Assembly: GCF_963921235.1 (NCBI RefSeq)
Contig: NC_086106.1
Location: 34,100,001-34,164,000 of the forward strand
Source of the DNA: Mobula hypostoma
Lineage: Eukaryota
DNA length: 64,000 nucleotides
Direction: 5' to 3'
Below, piece by piece: positions 1 through 12,947 of this stretch. Below the pieces are notes generated by a model. That model was not told where the DNA came from and searched no databases. It was given only the letters and a program-made list of their open reading frames with translations. The position numbers and the translations under genes were made by a program. Every line of letters begins with the position of its first letter. Position 1 is the first letter of the stretch.

Positions 1-16
1 TCTTTGGGAATGTGAA

Positions 17-300
17 GTGAGGGGTGGATTGAAGTGGAAGGGAGATCTAATGTATTTCGATCTGCAGACATTCAAAAAAAAGGTGCCATATAAAATTTAT
101 GGGATAATATTTTTGGTACAGATATATGATTGGCTTAAAAGCTTACCACAAAATCAGTTAAATGCCTCATTCTCAGAGTGCAAACAAAGGAATGTCAGAC
201 GGGCAAGGTTTCAACTCTATGATCTATGTTAACAGCTTAGATTAAGGGCGCAGATACAATATATTGTGTCAAACATACTGACCATACAAAGAGAGGAAGG
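17..300 (+). mobile_element. Highly decayed CR1 LINE RT fragment
   Basis: Translation GDLMYFDLQTFKKKVPYKIYGI...QIYDWL resembles the CR1 RT motif VDVxYLDFQKAFDKVPH...HGI...WIxxWL seen in better copies in this window. Confidence 0.5.
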
Positions 301-1154
301 AAAGAGAAAAGGAAAATTAAAGAGAAAAGTAAAGGGCTACAGCAATACCTCATGGTGAAAGTGGGTTAATTTCTCCAGAAAAGTGTGTTAAGTATTGCTG
401 CATATCAATTATGAATATAAAATCAATGTCAGTCCTTCACCAAGTTTAATTGACATTTCAGTTGCCACTCTCCAATTCTGCTTGGTTGCTGTCAAAACTG
501 TAAAGGTATCAATTATGCTGTGGAAGAAAAATGCAGAACAACACTCAGTGAAGAATTGACTTGAAGGGTGACTTACATCTAGGTACCAAAGGAAGGCAGT
601 TTTTAAAATGTACACAATATATGGGATTCACTTACACTGTGTAAATAAAAAAACAAACTTAATGCAGCCTCTTACCAAATCCAAAAAGAGTTTACACTGT
701 GATTTGCAAATCAGAAACAAACTAACTGTTCGACTAGTGACCACATAAACTATGAGATCCAAAACCGGAAACACTCACACTGAGCCATGTAATTCACAAA
801 ACATTCACAATATTCCATTTGATGAGCACTTGCATCCTGAATCCTCCAGGGGGTCCCATTTACAAATTCCTTGTGTTCTTCCCCATGTAGGTGAACGGAC
901 TGAAACCCAGGGTGTAACACACACATCGTTTAAATGGAGAATACCTGGAAACAGACTGTAGATCTTTCCATCAAATATATATTGTAAAATTATGCCAGAA
1001 GCTAATGAATTCCTGTGAAATTTGAATAGTTTTAAATCAAGTTTATTTCAACAGGATTTTGTCTAAAGGGTTGAAATCAGGAAGTCTTAGTAAATCTTAG
1101 TGAAATACTGTATATGCGACAGGAGTATCTTTCCGGAAACTAAACCTGTTATTT

Positions 1155-1445
1155 TATTTTATTTATTTAGTGATACAGTGTGAAGTTGGCCCTTCTGGCC
1201 TTTCAAGCCATGCCATCCCAGCGGCCCCTGACAAACCTGATTACCCCTAAGCTAATGATGGGGCAATTTACAACGACCAATTAACTTATCCGGTATGTCT
1301 TTAGACTGTAGCAGGAAACTGAAGGACCTGGAGAAAACTCATGGGGAGGACGCACAGAGGCTCCTAACAGGAAGGTACTGGAATTGAATTCTGAACTGCT
1401 TGAGCTGTAATAACATTGTGCTAACTGCTACACTACTGTGGCACC
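1155..1445 (-). mobile_element. tRNA-derived V-SINE (HE1-like)
   Basis: Minus strand shows a tRNA-like head, a V-domain-like core (ttctccaggtccttcagtttcctgctacagtctaaagac) and an (AAAT)n-like tail at about 1155-1170. Confidence 0.7.
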
Positions 1446-2159
1446 AGATATGCATATCAACAACTGATTTAAAAGAAGATTTTTCATATGTCATTGTAAA
1501 AGTGTCCTCTTTACAGTGACTAGAAGCTCTGAATTATAGAGGAGAGTGAGTGAAGGTCACTTCCTCCTGTAGGATTCTCCCCTAAATTGTCCATCCTGAG
1601 TTTTTGGCAGAAGATGGGCAATTGAAAAATCTTGAACAGTTAGTTTGAAACAAAGTGAATTTATTTTGTATCAATCCAAATGGTTAAACCTTCAACAGTT
1701 TTGGGATTCTTAAGCAATTGATTCAAAACACCAATAACAATACCATCCCCTTGCCTCGTATGTGAACACACCCATGGTTTAGAAGCTAAGAAATGAGTGA
1801 ATCGTTTTATTGCATTTGAAGGGGATGAGCAACCCTTCTCCAGTATGAACCTGCAACAAACTGAATAACATTTTGCATCAGTCTTAACTGTGGAAGACAC
1901 CAGCTGTATGCCAGAAATTTAGCCATGTTTGGGGTAGAAGTAAGTGTAGGCACTATTATGAAGTGAAGGATGCTTTCCTCTCCTGCCTGATGCTGTAGAC
2001 CCTTTCCTGAGCTCTCCATATATTGCTTCATTGGATAAGCCATCCAGGATGTCCACTCTAATGTGCCAATGCGACGTTCTCCATACTCAGTAGTGCAAGT
2101 CCCCAATCACATTTACATTTCTGTCCCATCTGAAAAATCCTAGTCCTGGAATGTTAAGC

Positions 2160-2262
2160 TGCTCACACAAAATGCTGGATGAACTCAGCAGGTCAGGCAG
2201 CATTCACAGAAGGGAATGATCAGTCGATGTTTTGAACTGAGACCTTTCGTTAGGACATACGT
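2160..2262 (-). mobile_element. Penelope-derived short repeat (3' terminal/pLTR piece)
   Basis: cacaaaatgctggatgaactcagcaggtcaggcagc...cagtcgatgttttgaactgagacctttcgttaggac; same family as copies at 12.3, 30.6, 42.9, 49.7 and 50.4 kb. Confidence 0.65.
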
Positions 2263-2464
2263 TTTCAGTCCTGCCTTTCTCTCAATCATATCTCTCTAAA
2301 GGCTACAACATTACAGTTCCGTGTATTAATCTAGGCCTAAATTATATCTGTTATCCATAACATTCCTGAGTGCAGATGTGCAGAAAATGGAAGCGATGTG
2401 GTTAAGGGCAGCCTTGATGGTGAAGGAAGGGAAGCCCCTTTATTGTCCCATTAGCATCAGGAAG

Positions 2465-2750
2465 GATGTACTGAAGCATCAGGACTAAGAGTTCTAGACT
2501 GTGTAAATTTCTTCCCTGAGGCTGTGAGACTAACGTCAGACCCTGTCACCACTGAGGTCTTGTCACTGGGACAGCGAGCTGTTTACTGTATAACTGTGTT
2601 ACACTACGTGCATTTTAAATTGTTATTACTTATTTATGGCAATATTTTGGTTTGTGTGCTGTGTGTGATATATGTATTGTGGGTGTACACGGTCCAGTGG
2701 AACATTGTTTGAATATATGTACAGTCAGGTACAATAAACTTGAATTTGAC
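2465..2750 (+). mobile_element. Rex1/Babar-type LINE 3' end fragment
   Basis: Ends the RT-type ORF (SFFPEAVRL) followed by a T-rich 3' UTR and aataaacttgaa tail, as in other Rex1 3' pieces. Confidence 0.5.
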
Positions 2751-4199
2751 CACTGCACTACAGTGCCCACTCAGCTATCCTGCTTGCTCCTTCTAGCTGT
2801 TACGGAGATAATCCTAGTTTCACCATGAAGGAACAACCTTACCAAATTGGGTTCTATGGAAAACGATACAGTCAGCCAAAAATGAATTTTGATACCATAA
2901 CATAGTCCAATTGAAAGGTTTCAGTATGAAAGAGACTAATTTGGTCCATTGCATCTGTACCAGTTTTCTGCGCGAGTAATTCTGCTAGTACCACTTTCAA
3001 GAATTTGCAAGGATTTTACCTTAAGAATGCCAAACCCAGATGATGTGGCCTGTACATTTTGCCTCTGACACCTCCCCTCACTGAAGGAACGCTCCCAAGA
3101 TATGGGATTTATGCCACAAAGGAGTAGACAAAGTGCCTAATTTTTGCAGTTTTTTGGGACAATAGAGAAAAGTTGGTGGTCTCCATCTTCCAGATATTTA
3201 ATATAACACCTATGCTCTTGCACACTGTGATGACAGAATTAAAGATGGTTTTGACCATCTGGAGGAACTCACTTGGTCAATCAGCATCTGCAGAGGCAAG
3301 TCTATGTCTTGGATTGAGATTCTGCATCAGACCGAGTATGTAGGGAGGAGATAGCCAGTATAAAAAGGTGAGAAGGAGGGCAGAGGCATTGTCTGGCAGA
3401 TAAGTTAAAGGTCAAAGCCCTTGGGCTAATGCATTCGGAAGTCAGAGGCCTGAAGTCTGCAAGTCCATGCCTGCAAGCTTGGGACAAAAACTGGTGGTTG
3501 GAGGCCTAATCTCTGCAATTCTGAAGGTCCCTGGCCAGTGACTTCAGAGATAACTTTTCCTGGGTTGGGTGGGAAAGGGGTTTGTTTTCTGCTGTTTTGT
3601 TTTATTACTGTTGTTGCTTGTGTTCTTCTGATGACAATTTAGGCTAGCTTTGTTGATGCCAGAATGTGTGGTGACACTTGTGGGCTGCCCCAACAAGTTA
3701 ACGTTAAAGATGCATTTCATTGGATGTTTCAATGTCCTGCATATACAGTAAATAAACAAATTAGAGTCTGAATATGAGGGACCAGGTGATCTGGGGCTGG
3801 ATGACAGATAGAACCAGGTGCTTGGTCCTGCTTCAAGTGTTGCCTCTCTGGTGTCAGGGTTAAGGATATCTCTGAGGGCATTCTGAAAAGGCAAGGTGGA
3901 CAACCACAGTTGTAGTCCACATTAGTACTAACAATAATGGGAGAAACAGAGGTGAGGTACTCAAAGTGAATAATTGGAGTAAGGCAAAAGGTTGTAAAGT
4001 AGGTCCTTGAGGGCAGGAAGATGAGGAGTTGGGAGACAGGAAGCATGGCTGATACAGAAAGACAAATAAGGCATGAGAAGATAACGAGTAGATGGAATCA
4101 GTTGATGCAGAGGAGGGTACAGTTGGAACTAATCACTGGAAGGTGATGTGAAGGCACAAAGAGACTGTAGATGGTGGAATCTGTTAAGAACACAATCCC

Positions 4200-4470
4200 A
4201 CTGCTGCCCATATGGAGTTTGTACAGCATGTTGTCTCCATGACTACATGGGTTTCGTCAGGTTACTGCAGTGTCCTCCACATTCCAAGGACATATGGTTA
4301 GGTTCAGAGTTAGTGAGTTGTGGGCATGCTACGTTGGCATTGGAAGCGTAGCAACACTTGCAGGCTGCTACAGCAAAATCCGCGGATTGTGTTGTTCATT
4401 GATGCCAAACAACACATTTTGATGCATGTTTCAATGTCTCCATGTACAGTCCACATGACAAAGCTATTTT
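4200..4470 (+). mobile_element. V-SINE, 5'-truncated
   Basis: ggagtttgtacagcatgttgtctccatgactacatgggtttc...tcctccacattccaaggac is the V-SINE core. Confidence 0.6.
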
Positions 4471-4498
4471 TTTATGTAAGGAAGATGATACATGTAAC

Positions 4499-4786
4499 TG
4501 TGGCGACCCACCTGACAGCACACAGGAACTGGCTCACGAAACAGCGCGCGCCGGCAGAGAGGCAGGCCCCAAAAAGGGCGCCAGGTGATCTTCACCAGCA
4601 GGGGGAAAATCCCGCGCGCGAAAAGGGGCTGCGAATATGCATTCCCCACAGCAGTCCCGCCCGGGGAGGGCGGGAATGGGAAGGCTTTAAAGGAGGCCGT
4701 GAAGTTTGAATAAATCTCTTTTATTGCAACTCCAACTCACCGACAACGTGTCATTATTCTAGCGCTGTGTGTAGCACACCGCTACA
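4499..4786 (+). mobile_element. Solo LTR (288 bp) of a Gypsy-type LTR retrotransposon
   Basis: Starts TGTGGCG, ends CGCTACA (TG...CA, near-inverted termini); flanked by a perfect 4-bp TSD TAAC (4495-4498 and 4787-4790); AATAAA at 4709-4714; GC/CpG-rich relative to flanks. Confidence 0.85.
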
Positions 4787-5039
4787 TAACCATATAAGGG
4801 AGGGAAGATGAACAAGTGAAACAAGTCAGGGGAGGGGCAAGAGACTCAACGGGTATTGTGTGTGGATGATGGGCAGGTGGAATAAGTTAGGGGAAAGGAA
4901 AATTGGGTGGATCAGGAGCACAGAGATTGCAGCTCATCCTGTAAGTGGAAAAGTCAATGTTCACACCACTGGATTTTAGATGAGCCTAGTGAAATAAAAA
5001 AAAAGCATCTTTCTTCCAATGTTTACCAGGACGTCGTAT

Positions 5040-5470
5040 GATGTGGAATTTTCCAGTTCTAAAAGACAAGACCGGTGGATTTGCTTTCCTTAGAGCAGAA
5101 GAGACCGATTGGACCTAATTGTGATTTGCAAAATAATGAGGGGTATAGATAGGGTCGATAATATAAGACACCCCAGAGGTACCCAGAATTAAAAGGCATA
5201 GGGTTAGGAGAAGTGGTAAGAGGTTTAGAGGAGAATCTGAGCAAGAATGTTTTCATGCAGTGTGGTTGGAATCTGGAACATTGTCTGAATGAGGCAATAC
5301 ACATACGACATTTAAGGAGTATCTAGTTAAGCATTAAAATTGCTCAAGGATTCAATGTTAAGGACCAATTGCTGGTAAACGGGGGCAGGAAAAAGAGTTA
5401 CAGTATATGATGCTTAGTAGAGACATAAAGGGCTTAAGGTCCTGCTTCTGTGCTGTACTACCTATGATTC
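5040..5470 (+). mobile_element. CR1 LINE 3' fragment
   Basis: Decayed match to the CR1 ORF2 C-terminus (LFSLEQKRPIGPNCD...; ttcatgcagtgtggttggaatctggaac) and CR1 3' UTR. Confidence 0.7.
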
Positions 5471-6099
5471 CAAGAATATTTTCTTTGCTTTATAAAATCA
5501 ATTTTCTGCATTTGTTTTATTTCTAAATTATGACAACTTCCTTAGACGTGCCCTAAACTTGGAAGTTTGCTGGTCAAGAACAACCTGAAATTGGAGGCAT
5601 TCCAGTTTACTTACTTGCTTTTGCTGCAACTTCACGCAGGCTCCACAAAACTGTACAGCTTTTATAGGCATCAGCTCTGTACCAGTTGGAAGAAAGTAGA
5701 GGGATGAGCAGCCAACAACTAATCTGACTGACTGGGGAAGGCGCTTGTGTCTGAATTTTAGATCGAACTAAACTGGATTGCCAGGCTCTACTCCTGTTTG
5801 TGATACAGGTTTCAACCTGGAGTATCGACACTTCCTCCATCCCTTCTCCCCCACTTCCCCTGATGCTACTTGATCTGCTGAGTTCCTCCAGCAAATCGTT
5901 TATTGTTCTCCTTCACTGTTCCATTTAATAAGATCATAGCCGACCTGATCTTGGTGTCAGACTTAACTTCTGGAATTTTCTGCAGAGCCATTATCTCTTC
6001 CATAACCCTACAATTCTGAGTACTTCACTCAAATAGAGAAACCGACAGTAACATGCGTTTTGTTATTTTCTTTTTTAATCTTTTTATTAGTTTCATGAA

Positions 6100-6870
6100 A
6101 ACGGGCAGACTATTATTTAAATGGGAAAAGAATTCAAAGTTCTGAGATGCAACGGGACTTGGGAGTCCTTGTACAGGATTCCCTTAAAGTTAACCTCCAG
6201 GTTGAGTCAGTAGTGAAGAAGGCGAATGCAATGTTGGCATTCATTTCTAGAGGAATAGAGTATAGGAGCAGGGATGTGATGTTGAGGCTCTATAAGGCGC
6301 TGGTGAGACCTCACTTGGAGTACTGTGGGCAGTTTTGCTCTCCTTATTTAACAAAGGATGTGCTCACGTTGGAGAGGGTACAGAGAAGATTCACTAGAAT
6401 GATTCTAGGAATGAGAGGGTTAACATATGAGGAACGTTTGTCCGCTCTTGGACTGTATTCCTTGGAGTTTAGAAGAATGAGGGGAGAACTCATAGAAACA
6501 TTTTGCATGTTAAAAGGCATGGACAGAGTGGATGTGGCAAAGTTGTTTCCCATGATGAGGGAGTCTAGTACGAGAGGGCATGACTGCAGGATTGAAGGGT
6601 GCCCTTTCAGAACAGAAATGCGAAGAAATTTTTTTAGTCAGAGGGTGGTGAATCTATGGAATTTGTTGCCACGGGCAGCAGTGGAGGCCAAGTCATTGGG
6701 TGTATTTAAGGCAGAGATTGATAGGTATCTGAGTAACCAGGGCATCAAAGGTTATGGTGAGAAGGCGGGGCAATGGGACTAAATAGGATAAAATGGATCA
6801 GCTCATGATAAAATGGTGGAGCAGACTCGATGGGCCGAATGGCCTACTTCTGCTCCTTTGTCTTATGGAA
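6100..6870 (+). mobile_element. CR1 LINE 3' fragment with uninterrupted ORF2 C-terminus (6147-6782, 211 aa)
   Basis: QRDLGVLV...LYKALVRPHLEYCGQFCSPYLTKDVLTLERVQRRFTRMI...RRMRGELIE...FFSQRVVNLWNLLP; CR1 3' stem-loop region and tcttatgg tail; interrupts an A/T-rich repeat (6065-6100 and 6870-7180). Confidence 0.9.
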
Positions 6871-7339
6871 AATATAAACGTAACATTGTAGTAGACAAAA
6901 TTATTGGGAATACATTGTTATAATTAACATGAGTGATTATAAAGCCAGATAGCACTTAAATGATAAAACTCCCAATCATGTAGGATACTAATGAATAATA
7001 TAAAACAAAGAAAAATATCAAAAAAAATCATGAAAAAGGAAAAAAAAAATACTACCCCCCAAAAAAACCTAATCAAAGCAGAATTAATCAATTAAACTAA
7101 AAGAAAAAAGACCTGGGCTGTTTATAAACATCGTAAAATAAGAGAGAAAAGAAAACCTTAGTGTCCACGGCTTCCTTCCTCTCATGTTCCTCTTATGTAA
7201 GGCATGTAATATGCCTTTTGGTGCATTCAGTACGAGTTTGATAAGCAAACACCCAGTTACACTAATCTACATTAATCACATTAATCCTACACTATTCACT
7301 TGTAGCAATTTACAAAGGCCAAGTAACAGATTTTTAATT

Positions 7340-7612
7340 AATTTATTTTTTTTAGTTATAAAGACTCTTTCAGCCCACACCACCCAATTATACCCATGTC
7401 ACTAACTACTGCTAAACCAAACGTCTTTGGAATGTGAGCACTCAGAGAAACACACGTGGTTACGGGAAAAACACACAGCATGCCTTTGGGATGTGAGAAG
7501 AAACAGACCCTACCACAGGATAAAGGTCAGGTTCCTTTTAAATAAACATCCAAGCTCAGGAATGAACAGTTTACTGGAGCTGAGAAGGAACAGCTCTACC
7601 AGCTGAGCTGCT
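7340..7612 (-). mobile_element. tRNA-derived SINE (decayed)
   Basis: Minus strand begins GCAGCTCAGCTGGTAGAGC (A-box-like); V-SINE-like cacattccaaagac segment at about 7420-7436. Confidence 0.55.
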
Positions 7613-7871
7613 GCAGAAGAATTTTCTGGCGTACGGAAACCCAAATCTCTTAATCCTTAAAATTTATTCATTTCTCCTCAACACGATATTCAATGCATCA
7701 AAAGGTATCCATTTATCCCGATATTATGAACCTATTCTGGATTTCCTAATGGACATAGCCTCTTCACATCTATTATTGTTAATTACACACCAGCCTCCTC
7801 ATGCCTACACTCCCACGAAGACTCGACTGTAATGTTCCAATGATATCACCTCTCAGTCTTTTAATCTTTAC

Positions 7872-8180
7872 AGTCGTGGCCCAATCAACTAAGGGTGCTG
7901 CAGTAGCATAGGGGTTACAGCGATAGTGTTACAGCACGGGGCATTCCGAAGTCAGTGTTCACTTCCGGTTTCTCTCTGCAGGAAGGCTGTGTACCTCCTC
8001 TCTGAGGAATGTGTGAGCTTTCTCCGTGTCCTCCTGTTTCCTCCCACAGTCTAAAGCCATACTTGGTAGGTTAATTGAGCATTGTAGATTGTCCTGTGAT
8101 TAGCTTAGGGTTAATTGGGTTGCTGGGGCAGCGTGGCTCAAAGGGCTGGATGTGTTTACTGTGATGTATCATGAAATAAA
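7872..8180 (+). mobile_element. tRNA-derived V-SINE
   Basis: gggtgctgcagtagcataggggttacagcg head, tttcctcccacagtctaaag core, CR1-like tail ending gaaataaaa. Confidence 0.7.
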
Positions 8181-8239
8181 ACTCTTCCCCATAGCACTCT
8201 CCCCCCACCCAATGATTAGCTGTTTAAATCTGTAGTACG

Positions 8240-8880
8240 AAGGGCAAATTCAATATTAGCATTCATTTCTAGAGGACCAGAATATAAAGGCCAGGATGTA
8301 AGACTGAGGCTTTATAAGGCATTGGTCAGACCACTCCAGTATCATGAGCAGTTCTAGATCCCCTCTCTAAGAAAGGATGTGCTGACATTGGACAAGGTCC
8401 AATGAAGTTTCATGGTAATGTTCCGAGAAATGAAAGAGTTAACTTCTGAGGAGCATCTGATAACTCTGTGCCTGTACTTGCTGCAGCTCAGAACAATGAG
8501 GGGCGATCTTATTAAAATGTGTTGAATATTGAAAGGCCTAGATAGAGAGGATGTGTAGTAGATGCTTCCCATAATGGGGCAGTCTATGACCAAAGGACAT
8601 GGCATCAAAATACATGGAAGACTGTTTAGAACAGAGATGAGGAAGAACTTCTCTAGCCAGCAGGTCGTGAATTTGTGGAATTCATTACCATGGATGGTTG
8701 TGGAGGCCAAGTCATTAGGTAAATTTAAAGTGGAGGTTGATGGGTTCGTGATTAGTATGGGGGTCAAAGATTATGGGGAGAAGGCAGAAGAATGGGGTCA
8801 TGAGTGCTAATAAATCAGCCATGATAGAATGGTGGAGAAGACACAATGGGCTGAATGGCCTAATTCTCCTCTTATGGCTA
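8240..8880 (+). mobile_element. CR1 LINE 3' fragment
   Basis: ORF track peptide GHGIKIHGRLFRTEMRKNFSSQQVVNLWNSLPWMVVEAKSLG; CR1 3' UTR. Confidence 0.85.
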
Positions 8881-11714
8881 AGGTGAGAGAGGAAAGATAA
8901 ATAAAGGGTATTGGGGGCAAGGTTTCCACAGAGAATGCTTAAATATTGTTTGGATTGATAAGACTGAAAGCTATGGGCCAGACACTGACAAATGGCAGAG
9001 ACAGGTATCTTGCTTAATATGAACAGTTTGAGCCAAAGGGGAAATTTTGCTGTTGTAACTTTAGGTATCCAGGAAGAAATGCAGTGAATCTTCTCTGTAC
9101 AACAGAAGCAAGACACCCTTACTGTTGAATGAAATCCCACTTGCTGAAAGCAAACAGATCATTTGCTGTTACTGTGTTTGAAGACATCCAGGTCTCTCTG
9201 AACATCAAATGATTAATATTCCACCTTCCCAATAATTTAGACAAAAATATATCACCACATTTTCCCACATAATGTTCGATCCTACTATTTAGCTCAACAA
9301 CTTAAATTATTTCAGACCCCTTATGTCAGCACACATCCTACTCCACCACAACTTTCTCTATTACCACTCCTCTGATTTATCTCAAGCTGAATGATATACA
9401 CACCTCTCCAATGCAGACTTAAACCAACAAAATACTGTGGTACAAACAAACATTGACATGTGTTGGCAAAATTTACTTCATTCAGGACATATGTTGAACC
9501 CTAAATTTAATGTGTGTGACTTCAGGTTGAAAATAGAAAAACTACTACTGATCTTAGAAATGCTCAGTAGGTCAGGCAGCTTTGCAAATAGTTTCAAAAC
9601 ATTTTTCTTTCTATAGACGCTGCCTCATCTGCTGTGTTTAACATAATTCTGTGTTTTTCCCCTCAGAATGGGGTTGTTCAGAATGTGGTTGATCAGTGTA
9701 GGGAGAGCTATTCAGTTTAACCCATAGCAGTGAGCAGAGGTTCAGATTACTGGCATCAATTTGAAGAAATTACCTGGGGTTCTAGTGTGCACATCATTAT
9801 AAAAGACCCTGGCCAAAGAGGAGAATATTGACTTCAGCATTAGCAGGTCAGTAAATTGAACAGCTGGAACCTGACACCCAGAAATTTCAAGTAGCATTCA
9901 GGAGAGAGGAAGGTAAAAAATGTGTAGTAATCCGTTAAAATGCTTGAGACTATAAAACCTTAACACAAAGGAGCCGAATTAGGCCGTTTGGCCCATTGTG
10001 TCTGTTCTTCCATTCCATCATGGCTGATTTATTATCATCCTGAACCCCATTTTCTTCTTTGTCCCCATAACCTATGATATCCTTACTTCTAGGTTGCTTG
10101 CACCCATCAAGCGTGATCCAGGCACTTCAGTGTGTGATTCATTTTGCTCAGGCCAATGTTTCCTTTATCAGCTGCGTAAGACTTAAAACATGGGATTAGA
10201 GTGAGGCCATTTGACACATCGAGTCTGCTCCACTATTTCATCATGGCTAATCCAATTTTCCTCTCGGCCCCAACCTCCTGCCTTCTCCCTGTATCTCTTC
10301 ATGCAAGTAATGTGCATACCTTACAGGATGTGGCTAAACACTTGGAGGTTTTGGTGGAAACGTTTGCTGTTAACTCACGAACAAAACTGAGGCAACAATT
10401 AAAGGGTGTCAATATTGATCCCTTTGTTACACAACAGCTGCTAAGGTCGGGGTCTTAGGGTTAGCATAACGTGGAGGTGTAATTGCCTTCACTGATCAGA
10501 ACCTCTTTAACACACCAACCTCTTTCATTGGTCTCTTGATCAGTTGCTTGAAGCTTGGCATTGGAGAATCATCAGTTCTATTTAAAAGACATAAAAGCAT
10601 TCACCCCACTGAGTCTGCTCCCCTATTCCATTATGACCAAGTTAAGTGAAAATCCAGCTAACATTTTGTCCAGTATAAGAAAATTGATTAGTTCAACCAT
10701 AAGCAGGCCTGATGTCTACTACCATATTGTTGTTAAGATTCATTGAGCTGGTGTAAACATGGAGCCCTCTTGTCCAATGCGCCTTTCAGAGGGTCATTTA
10801 CTGGCATGAAAATTCTATCTGTAGTGTCTCTAGTCTCAACAACTACTTAGGTCGGTATCCCATACCCTTGTATGATGCAATGATTGACTTATGGCCCTCA
10901 ACTTTTTGTTTTCTCTGCTGAGTTTAGCAGAGCTAAAGAGTTAGAATTCTTCCAATCAGTTAGTTGCAAAATTTCCTACATTCTCCTGAGAAATTTTCTC
11001 AGATCTCTAAAATACTCTGTTTACTGTTAATTATTTTGGTCCTGACAGTTTTGCAATCATATGGATATTATCCATAATCTGATGGGTTCTAGATTTGAAT
11101 TAATATTGGAATATTAAATCATAACCTCCAAGTGGACCACAAGCTTATCACTGGGTTTGGAGGCCTCAGTGATCCAGGGAACTATAATGGCTGGAGTCAG
11201 GGCTTTATGCTTTGGCTCCTTGTAGGGTCACCAAAGCCAAACAGGTCAAAGGGTACAGGTCCAACTTCTAGTGGCCCACTGGTCCTCCAGGTTTCGGGGT
11301 TCAGCTCAATGTGAACAACCATGACTGGTAAAACCAAGTTGTATGATGTATACATACTTTTAACTGTGAAGTTCTGGATGCTTTTATCATAATCGAATCT
11401 GGGTCATAATAATTTAACTAAGGGCAAAACATTTTACCCTGCGTGCACAATCCTACAATTGAAACCAATCTGCTGTTTTACAAAATTGCAGGATGACTGT
11501 CACCTTCCTCTCCAGTCTGATATGAGCCATCACCAGTTACTGGCAAAAAATTCATGTCTATCATAAACTGAAACTCACAGATGATGACAACAATCTCTTC
11601 CTTGCTCATGCAAATAAACTTCATAGTGACTTCTCTCTATCTATGATACTTAGTACCCTAATGGCTAACAGAAGTCGAACCACACAAACCTGACAGATTG
11701 TAAGTCTTTCAGAG

Positions 11715-12395
11715 TTATCCTTTCCGGGTAGGGTAACACTTCACCTGCATGACTGTTGGGGTTATCTACTGTATCTGGTGCTCTCAGTGCAGGATTCTCT
11801 ACGTTGGTGACATCGACAAAGATTGCACGATGGTTGCATCAAACATCTTTGCTCCATCTGCAACAGCCAGGATTTCCTGGTAGCCAACCATTTTAATTCC
11901 ACTCCCCATTCTCATTCGGACATGTTGGTCCATGACCTCCTCTACTGCCATGATGAGGCCACTCTAAAGTTGGAAGAATGACGTCTCTTTGGGTAGCCTC
12001 CAACCTGATGACGTGAACATTGATTTCTCTAATGTACAGTAATTTCTGACCCCTTGCCTTTTTGGATATCCTCTTTTCCCTTTTCTTCTCACCTGCCTAT
12101 CGCCTTTTCACCTCTCTCTGCTCCCCCTCCTCCTTCCCCTTTCCCCAATGGTCCACTCTCATCTCTTATCAGATTCCTTCTTCAGCCCTTTACCTATCCA
12201 TCTATCATCTCCCAGTTCTCACTTCATCCACCACCAAGCTTCCCCCACCACGCTTCACCTATAGCTGCCAGCATGCATCTATCCTCCCTCACGTTCTTAT
12301 TCTGGCTTTTTCCTTCCTTTCCAGTCCTCAAGAGGGGTCTCAGCACAAAATATTTACTGTTTATTCCTTTCCATATATTTTATCTGATTTGCTGA
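11715..12395 (+). mobile_element. Penelope-like element 3' fragment (GIY-YIG endonuclease remnant plus pyrimidine-rich tail)
   Basis: Translates to HFTC..GVIYCIWCSQCRILYVG...VANHFNSTPHSHSDMLVHDLLYCHDEATLKLEE...LGSLQPDDVNIDFSN, the PLE GIY-YIG domain; followed by a CT-rich 3' region and decayed hammerhead motif at about 12322-12360. Confidence 0.8.
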
Positions 12396-12665
12396 GCGGA
12401 TAAAGTCGGTGATGGTGTGGGAGACAATAGCCCGGTGCTCCTTAGTGGGGTCACGAGCTAGGGGTAAATAAGAGGAGGTATCCGCGAGTTGTCGCTGTGC
12501 CTCGGCAAGGTAGAGGTCAGTACACCAGACTACAGCAGCACCACACTTATCGGTGGGTTTAGTAGTAAGTTTAGGATTAGTGTGGAAGGAGTGGAGAGCA
12601 GGCCATTCGGAAGGAGTAAGGTTGGAATGGCAACAAGGTGCGGTGAAGTTAAGACGGTTGATTAT
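12396..12665 (-). mobile_element. Penelope-like RT N-terminal fragment, inverted relative to the adjacent copy
   Basis: Minus translation INRLNFTAPCCHSNLTPSEWPALHSFHTNPKLTTKPTDKCGAAVVWCTDLYLAEAQRQLADTSSYLPLARDPTKEHRAIVSHTITDFIRS matches the PLE IKPADKGGAVVVW...Y region. Confidence 0.7.
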
Positions 12666-12947
12666 TGAAGGTTGACCTGTACAAGCTATTAAATCTGGGA
12701 ATCATTTCTGTGAACTTTTTTTAAACCATCTCTGGTTTCAACACATCCTTTCTATGATAAGAGGGCCAAAACTGCTCTCAATACTTCAAGTCAGGACTCA
12801 AAAGTGCTTTATAAATTCTCAACATTACACCCATGATTTTATATTTTAGGCCTCTTGAAATGAATGCTAACATTGCATTTGTCTTCCGCACCTCTGACTT
12901 AACCTGCAAATTAACCTTCAGGGAATCCTGCACAACTACTCCTTAGC

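Noticed and set aside
409-961. Short ORFs (409-615 -, 752-961 +) with nearby splice-like sites
   Set aside because: No recognisable domain; candidate exons have stops or imply a 59-nt intron; no consistent gene model.
1661-2106. Two overlapping minus-strand ORFs (79 and 99 aa)
   Set aside because: No motif recognised, near-cognate starts, no coherent splice frame.
9667-9846. 180-nt plus-strand segment with strong acceptor and CAG|GTCAGT donor
   Set aside because: All three frames contain stops; cannot be distinguished from chance without RNA data.
10320-10577. 258-nt minus-strand exon-like segment (and the + ORF DVAKHLEVLVETF...)
   Set aside because: Stops in all minus frames; both splice-like edges come from adjacent CR1 tails; the peptide is unrecognised.
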